64,000 bases of DNA from Stenotrophomonas sp. (lineage in GTDB: Bacteria; Pseudomonadota; Gammaproteobacteria; Xanthomonadales; Xanthomonadaceae): assembly GCA_051885115.1 (NCBI GenBank), contig JBJEWP010000024.1:12002-76001 (forward strand), given 5' to 3'. The notes below the pieces were generated by a model, which was given only the letters and a program-made list of their open reading frames with translations, was not told the origin of the DNA and did not search any database. The translations under genes were made by a program, and so were the position numbers. Below are positions 60,320 to 64,000 of this stretch, piece after piece (positions within the stretch are counted from its first letter, which is position 1; each line of letters opens with the position of its first letter).

Positions 60320-61608
60320 CGGGCGAGGATCCAGTGGGCAATGTCGTTGATCAGGCCGGTGTCCACCTTGCCCGGTTGCTGGTATTCGGCCAGCGTGCCC
60401 GGGCCTTCACCGGCGATGCCCAGGTGATTCAGGGCCGGGTAGTGGTGGAAAGTGAAACGCTCGCCCTGCAGGCCGGCGGTGAGCAGCTGCCAGTCGGTGT
60501 CGACGACCTGGAAGTCACGCCCGCCCTGCAGCAGCAGGGTGGGCAGGCCACTGGCCCGGGTTTCGCCCAGCACATCCACCGCTTCCAGTTCCTGCCAGTA
60601 GGCGCCGGTGAGGCCAGGCAGCTGCGGCAGCTGGGCGGCCGGGTCGCTGCGCAGGGCGGTGATCTGGGCATCAAGCTGCTGCAGGTGGGCCTGGGCGGCG
60701 GCGGGGTCCACCCCCGGGCTGTGCGCCAGCAGGTACACGTTCTGCTCGCGCAGCAGGTCCAGGATCGGCCGTGCCGGGCTGGCCAGCATGATCACGCCGG
60801 CGGCATTGCTGGCGCTGGCGATACGGCTGGCAAGCATTGCACCCTGGCTGTGTCCAAGCACATGGACCTTGCCGGCATCGATCCCGGGTTGCTGCTGGAG
60901 CAGGGCGACGGCGGCAACCGCGTCATCGGTGGTTTCCAGGGCCAGGCTGGCACCGTGGGCGAAATCCTGGGGGCGGGCCTGGCTGCGCTTGTCATAGCGC
61001 AGCACCGCGATGCCGGCCGTGGCCAGGCCATGGGCGAGGTCGGCAAAAGGCTTGTTCGGGCCCACGGTTTCATCGCGGTCCTGCGGGCCGGAGCCATGCA
61101 CCAGCACCACCGCCGGGAACGGGCCCGGGCCCTTGGGCAGGCTCAGGGTGGCGCCCAGCGGGCCGGGGCCGGCGGCAAGCTGCAGGGTGGTTTCGCTGAA
61201 GGCCGCATCGCTGGGTACCGCGGCGGTGGCAGCGGCGGCCGGGGTCAGCTGGAAACCGGCGATTTTGCCTTGGGCATCTACCACGGTGGTGGCCAGGATG
61301 CCGCCCCGGGCAAACTGCAGGCGTTGGCTGATGCGGTCGTGGCCGGCATCGATGGGGGTCAGGGTGGCTTGGCCCACCTGCTGCAGCGGGCCCAGTTGCT
61401 GGCCCAGCGATTGCCAGACCTGTTCCAGTGCGGCCGCCGGCACCGCCTTGGCCATGGCGGCGCTGAAGCCGGCCTCGGCCTGCTGGAACTGGCCGGCCTG
61501 CAGTTGTTCGATCAACTGCCGTGCGGCCTGTTGCGGCGGGCTGGCCAGGGCGCTGGTGGCGGTGGCCAGCAGCAGGCAGGACAGGGCAAGACGACGGTGC
61601 AGGTGCAT
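60316..61608 (-). CDS. Exported alpha/beta hydrolase with N-terminal DUF3887-like domain
   Basis: Signal peptide, VLVHGSGPQDRDE, RYDKR, GHSQG, QGGRDFQV, LNHLG. Confidence 0.85.
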   Translation of the reverse strand: MHLHRRLALSCLLLATATSALASPPQQAARQLIEQLQAGQFQQAEAGFSAAMAKAVPAAALEQVWQSLGQQLGPLQQVGQATLTPIDAGHDRISQRLQFARGGILATTVVDAQGKIAGFQLTPAAAATAAVPSDAAFSETTLQLAAGPGPLGATLSLPKGPGPFPAVVLVHGSGPQDRDETVGPNKPFADLAHGLATAGIAVLRYDKRSQARPQDFAHGASLALETTDDAVAAVALLQQQPGIDAGKVHVLGHSQGAMLASRIASASNAAGVIMLASPARPILDLLREQNVYLLAHSPGVDPAAAQAHLQQLDAQITALRSDPAAQLPQLPGLTGAYWQELEAVDVLGETRASGLPTLLLQGGRDFQVVDTDWQLLTAGLQGERFTFHHYPALNHLGIAGEGPGTLAEYQQPGKVDTGLINDIAHWILAR

Positions 61609-61611
61609 GGC

Positions 61612-61791
61612 TCAGGCCTCCTTCTTGAAGATCAGCAGCATTGGCTGCAGGCCGGTGGCGGCAACGGTCTGTACCAGCTCCCAGCCCTTCAGGCCTTCGC
61701 GGGTCAGGGTGTCCTGCAGCACCTTGGGGTCATGGCCACCCCACAGCTTGGGCTTCATTTCCACGGTGTTGTACTGCCAGCGGGTGCTCAT
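61612..61791 (-). CDS. DUF4177 family small protein (59 aa; absent from the ORF track)
   Basis: MSTRWQYNTVEMKPKLWGG...GLKGWELV...LIFKKEA; ATGA overlap with the upstream gene; GAAGGA RBS. Confidence 0.75.
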   Translation of the reverse strand: MSTRWQYNTVEMKPKLWGGHDPKVLQDTLTREGLKGWELVQTVAATGLQPMLLIFKKEA

Positions 61792-61967
61792 GGTTCTTCC
61801 TTCGGGTCGGGGCGCGGGGCGGGCAGGCGCCCGGCCTTGCGCAGGGCGTCGCGCAGCACGTATTCGATCTGCGCGTTGAGGCTGCGCAGCTCGTCATCGG
61901 CCCAACGCTGCGCCGCCACCAGTACCTCGGCATTGATGCGCAGCGGGTAGGCCTTCTTTTCGCTCAC
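61788..61967 (-). CDS. Arc-like ribbon-helix-helix DNA-binding protein (59 aa)
   Basis: GTG start, KKAYPLRI (beta ribbon) N.EVL..AQRWA..ELRSLNAQIEYVLRDAL. Confidence 0.85.
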   Translation of the reverse strand: MSEKKAYPLRINAEVLVAAQRWADDELRSLNAQIEYVLRDALRKAGRLPAPRPDPKEEP

Positions 61968-62245
61968 TTGCGCATCCTGTGGGCGCGGTGCAGGCGTACC
62001 AGCATCGACAGCGCCAAGGCGTTGACCGCCACGAACACGGCAGCGGCCACCACATACACCCGGGTGCTGTGGCTGCCGGCCCAGTACAGGCCGGCAGCGC
62101 CGCAGAACAGGCTCAGCGCGATCAGCGCCCAGTGCACGGCCTGGTTGCGTGACAGTGGCGAGCCCTCGCGGCCGACCCAGAAGGCAATGCCCAGGGCCGG
62201 GAAGGCGGTCAGGGCGAGGATGAAGGGGGCGAGCAATTGATTCAT
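61964..62245 (-). CDS. Small hypothetical membrane protein (3 TM)
   Basis: Hydrophobic 93-aa ORF filling the gap between the SPFH and Arc genes with a 4-nt overlap. Confidence 0.65.
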   Translation of the reverse strand: MNQLLAPFILALTAFPALGIAFWVGREGSPLSRNQAVHWALIALSLFCGAAGLYWAGSHSTRVYVVAAAVFVAVNALALSMLVRLHRAHRMRK

Positions 62246-62256
62246 GGCAACAGTCT

Positions 62257-63135
62257 TCAGTACAGGGAGCCGGCATTGACCACCGGCTGGGTGCCGCGGT
62301 CCGAGCACAGCACGGTCAGCAGGTTGGACACCATCTGGGCCTTGCGCTCCTCGTCCAGTTGCACCGTGCCCCCCTTTTCCAGCTCGGACAGGGCCATTTC
62401 GACCATGCCCACCGCGCCGGCAACAATGCGCTGGCGGGCGGCGATCACGGCATTGGCCTGCTGGCGCTGGAGCATGGCCTGGGCAATTTCCGGGGCATAG
62501 GCCAGGTGGCTGATGCGCGCATCGAGCACCTGCACCCCGGCATCGGCCAGACGCTCGGCCAGCTCGTCCTTCAGGTGCTGGGAGATTTCCGCCGCATGGC
62601 TGCGCAGGGCCAGCTGGCCTTCCTCGTGGGCGTCGTAGGGGTAGCTGGTGGCCATCGCGCGCAGTGCCGATTCACTCTGGATGTGCACGAAACTTTCGTA
62701 GTCATCGACGTTGTAGACCGCCTCGGAGGCATCGTTGACCTGCCAGACGATGACCGCGGCGATCTCGATCGGGCTGCCGTCCAGCTCGTTGACCTTGAGC
62801 TTGCCGGACTCGAAGTTGCGCACCCGCAGGGACACCTTGCGCTTGCTGAAGAAGGGGTTGTTCCAGCGCAGGCCGTTGTCCTTGACCGTGCCGGCGTACT
62901 TGCCGAACAGCTCCAGCACGGCGGCCTGGTTGGGCTGGACCATGTACAACCCGGCGATGGCGACCAGGGCCAGCATGGCCAGGGCCAGCAGGCAGGCCAG
63001 CGGCAGCACCGGCGAACCGCTGCGTGCGAGGGTGCGCACCAACCAGATGCCGGCGACCACGGCCGCGCCGCCGCTGGCCAGGCTGGTCAGCAGCACCGGG
63101 ATGCCGGGGAGGGAGTGCTTGGCAATTTCCTTCAT
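62257..63135 (-). CDS. SPFH (band 7) domain membrane protein
   Basis: Two TMs, [53 protein letters not shown]. Confidence 0.92.
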   Translation of the reverse strand: MKEIAKHSLPGIPVLLTSLASGGAAVVAGIWLVRTLARSGSPVLPLACLLALAMLALVAIAGLYMVQPNQAAVLELFGKYAGTVKDNGLRWNNPFFSKRKVSLRVRNFESGKLKVNELDGSPIEIAAVIVWQVNDASEAVYNVDDYESFVHIQSESALRAMATSYPYDAHEEGQLALRSHAAEISQHLKDELAERLADAGVQVLDARISHLAYAPEIAQAMLQRQQANAVIAARQRIVAGAVGMVEMALSELEKGGTVQLDEERKAQMVSNLLTVLCSDRGTQPVVNAGSLY

Positions 63136-63145
63136 TTCATCCTCG

Positions 63146-63168
63146 ACTGATATCAATTTGATATCAGT
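63146..63168. promoter_or_regulatory. Operator-like palindrome upstream of the SPFH-Arc operon
   Basis: ACTGATATCA-ATT-TGATATCAGT, a perfect 10-bp inverted repeat with self-palindromic TGATATCA halves, abutting the GAGG RBS. Confidence 0.75.
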
Positions 63169-63242
63169 GTTGCCGTTGGTGAGGCAAAATACAAGCTGAA
63201 CAGGTAAAATGCGCCCCCCCTTCGTGATTGGCTGGATTGCTG

Positions 63243-64000
63243 ATGAGTGCCCTGGGTACCCCATTGACCCCTTCTGCCACCCGTGTCCTGTTGCTCGGTG
63301 CCGGCGAACTGGGCAAGGAAGTGGCCATCGAGCTGCAGCGCCTGGGTGTGGAGGTGATTGCTGCCGACCGCTATGCCAACGCCCCGGCGATGCAGGTGGC
63401 CCACCGCAGCCATGTGCTGGACATGCTCGATGGCCAGGCCCTGGCGGCGCTGATTGCCGCCGAGAAGCCGCATCTGGTGGTGCCGGAAATCGAGGCCATT
63501 GCCACCGCTACCCTGGTCGAGCTGGAGGCGGCCGGCCAGCGCGTGGTACCAACGGCCCGCGCCGCCCAGCTGACCATGGATCGCGAGGGCATCCGCCGCC
63601 TGGCCGCCGAGACCCTGGGCCTGCCGACCTCGCCTTACCGCTTCGTCGATGACCAGGAAAGCTACGAGCAGGCGGTGGCGCAGATCGGCCTGCCGTGTGT
63701 GGTCAAGCCGTTGATGTCCTCCTCGGGCAAGGGCCAGAGCACCCTGCGCCAGGCCAGTGACATCATGCCGGCCTGGGATGTCGCCCAGACCGGCGGCCGC
63801 GCCGGTGCCGGCCGTTGCATTGTGGAAGGCTTTGTCGATTTCGATTACGAGATCACCCTGCTCACCGTGCGCCATGCCGGCGGCACCACCTTCTGTGCGC
63901 CGGTCGGTCACTGGCAGAAGGACGGCGACTACCGCGAGAGCTGGCAGCCGCAGGCGATGTCGGCGCTGGCCCTGCAGCGGGCCGAGCAGGTGGCCCGTGC
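63243..64000 (+). CDS. purT: Formate-dependent GAR transformylase, N-terminal part (runs off the window)
   Basis: MSALGTPL...[61 protein letters not shown]. Confidence 0.96.
   Translation, partial: MSALGTPLTPSATRVLLLGAGELGKEVAIELQRLGVEVIAADRYANAPAMQVAHRSHVLDMLDGQALAALIAAEKPHLVVPEIEAIATATLVELEAAGQRVVPTARAAQLTMDREGIRRLAAETLGLPTSPYRFVDDQESYEQAVAQIGLPCVVKPLMSSSGKGQSTLRQASDIMPAWDVAQTGGRAGAGRCIVEGFVDFDYEITLLTVRHAGGTTFCAPVGHWQKDGDYRESWQPQAMSALALQRAEQVAR

Noticed and set aside
63132-63140. ATG-AAA-TGA mini-ORF overlapping the SPFH start
   Set aside because: Too close to the SD to initiate efficiently; probably incidental
63169-63242. Purine/ZMP riboswitch or PurR box upstream of purT (likewise purM at 35892-36003)
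   Set aside because: Regions are short and show no such consensus

Overview
High-GC (roughly two-thirds, by eye) chromosomal window from a Xanthomonadales (Lysobacteraceae) bacterium; gene order and sequences are Stenotrophomonas/Pseudoxanthomonas-like. It is mostly core genome: fabD(partial)-fabG-acpP-fabF-mltG-tmk-holB-pilZ-tRNA-Val(CAC); proC-yggS/pilT-pilU; algH-ruvX-pyrB; kdsD-kdsC-lptCAB-rpoN-hpf-hprK-rapZ-EIIA-HPr-EI-mgtE; bolA-murA; purM-purN; DUF2066-AI-2E-hda; amgK-murU; comEA; eptA/PAP2 with a ColRS/PmrAB-like two-component system; GNAT-minCDE; an SPFH/Arc operon; purT(partial). I saw no integrase, transposase, prophage or CRISPR array. Most interesting signals: (1) a CsrA/RsmA-sponge-like RNA (five ANGGA motifs, four in hairpin loops, then a terminator) in the comEA 3' UTR, with a perfect 14-bp LetA/RcsB-type palindrome upstream of comEA and further GGA motifs in its leader; (2) an orphan ABC-ATPase domain with a degenerate signature fused to a CX5R dual-specificity phosphatase, followed by a small Roadblock-like ORF; (3) a 23-bp TGATATCA-N3-TGATATCA operator abutting the RBS of an SPFH/ribbon-helix-helix envelope operon; (4) apparent loss of ptsN from the rpoN operon. 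All family assignments come from motif recognition and recalled synteny; no database search was run, and start codons are best guesses.
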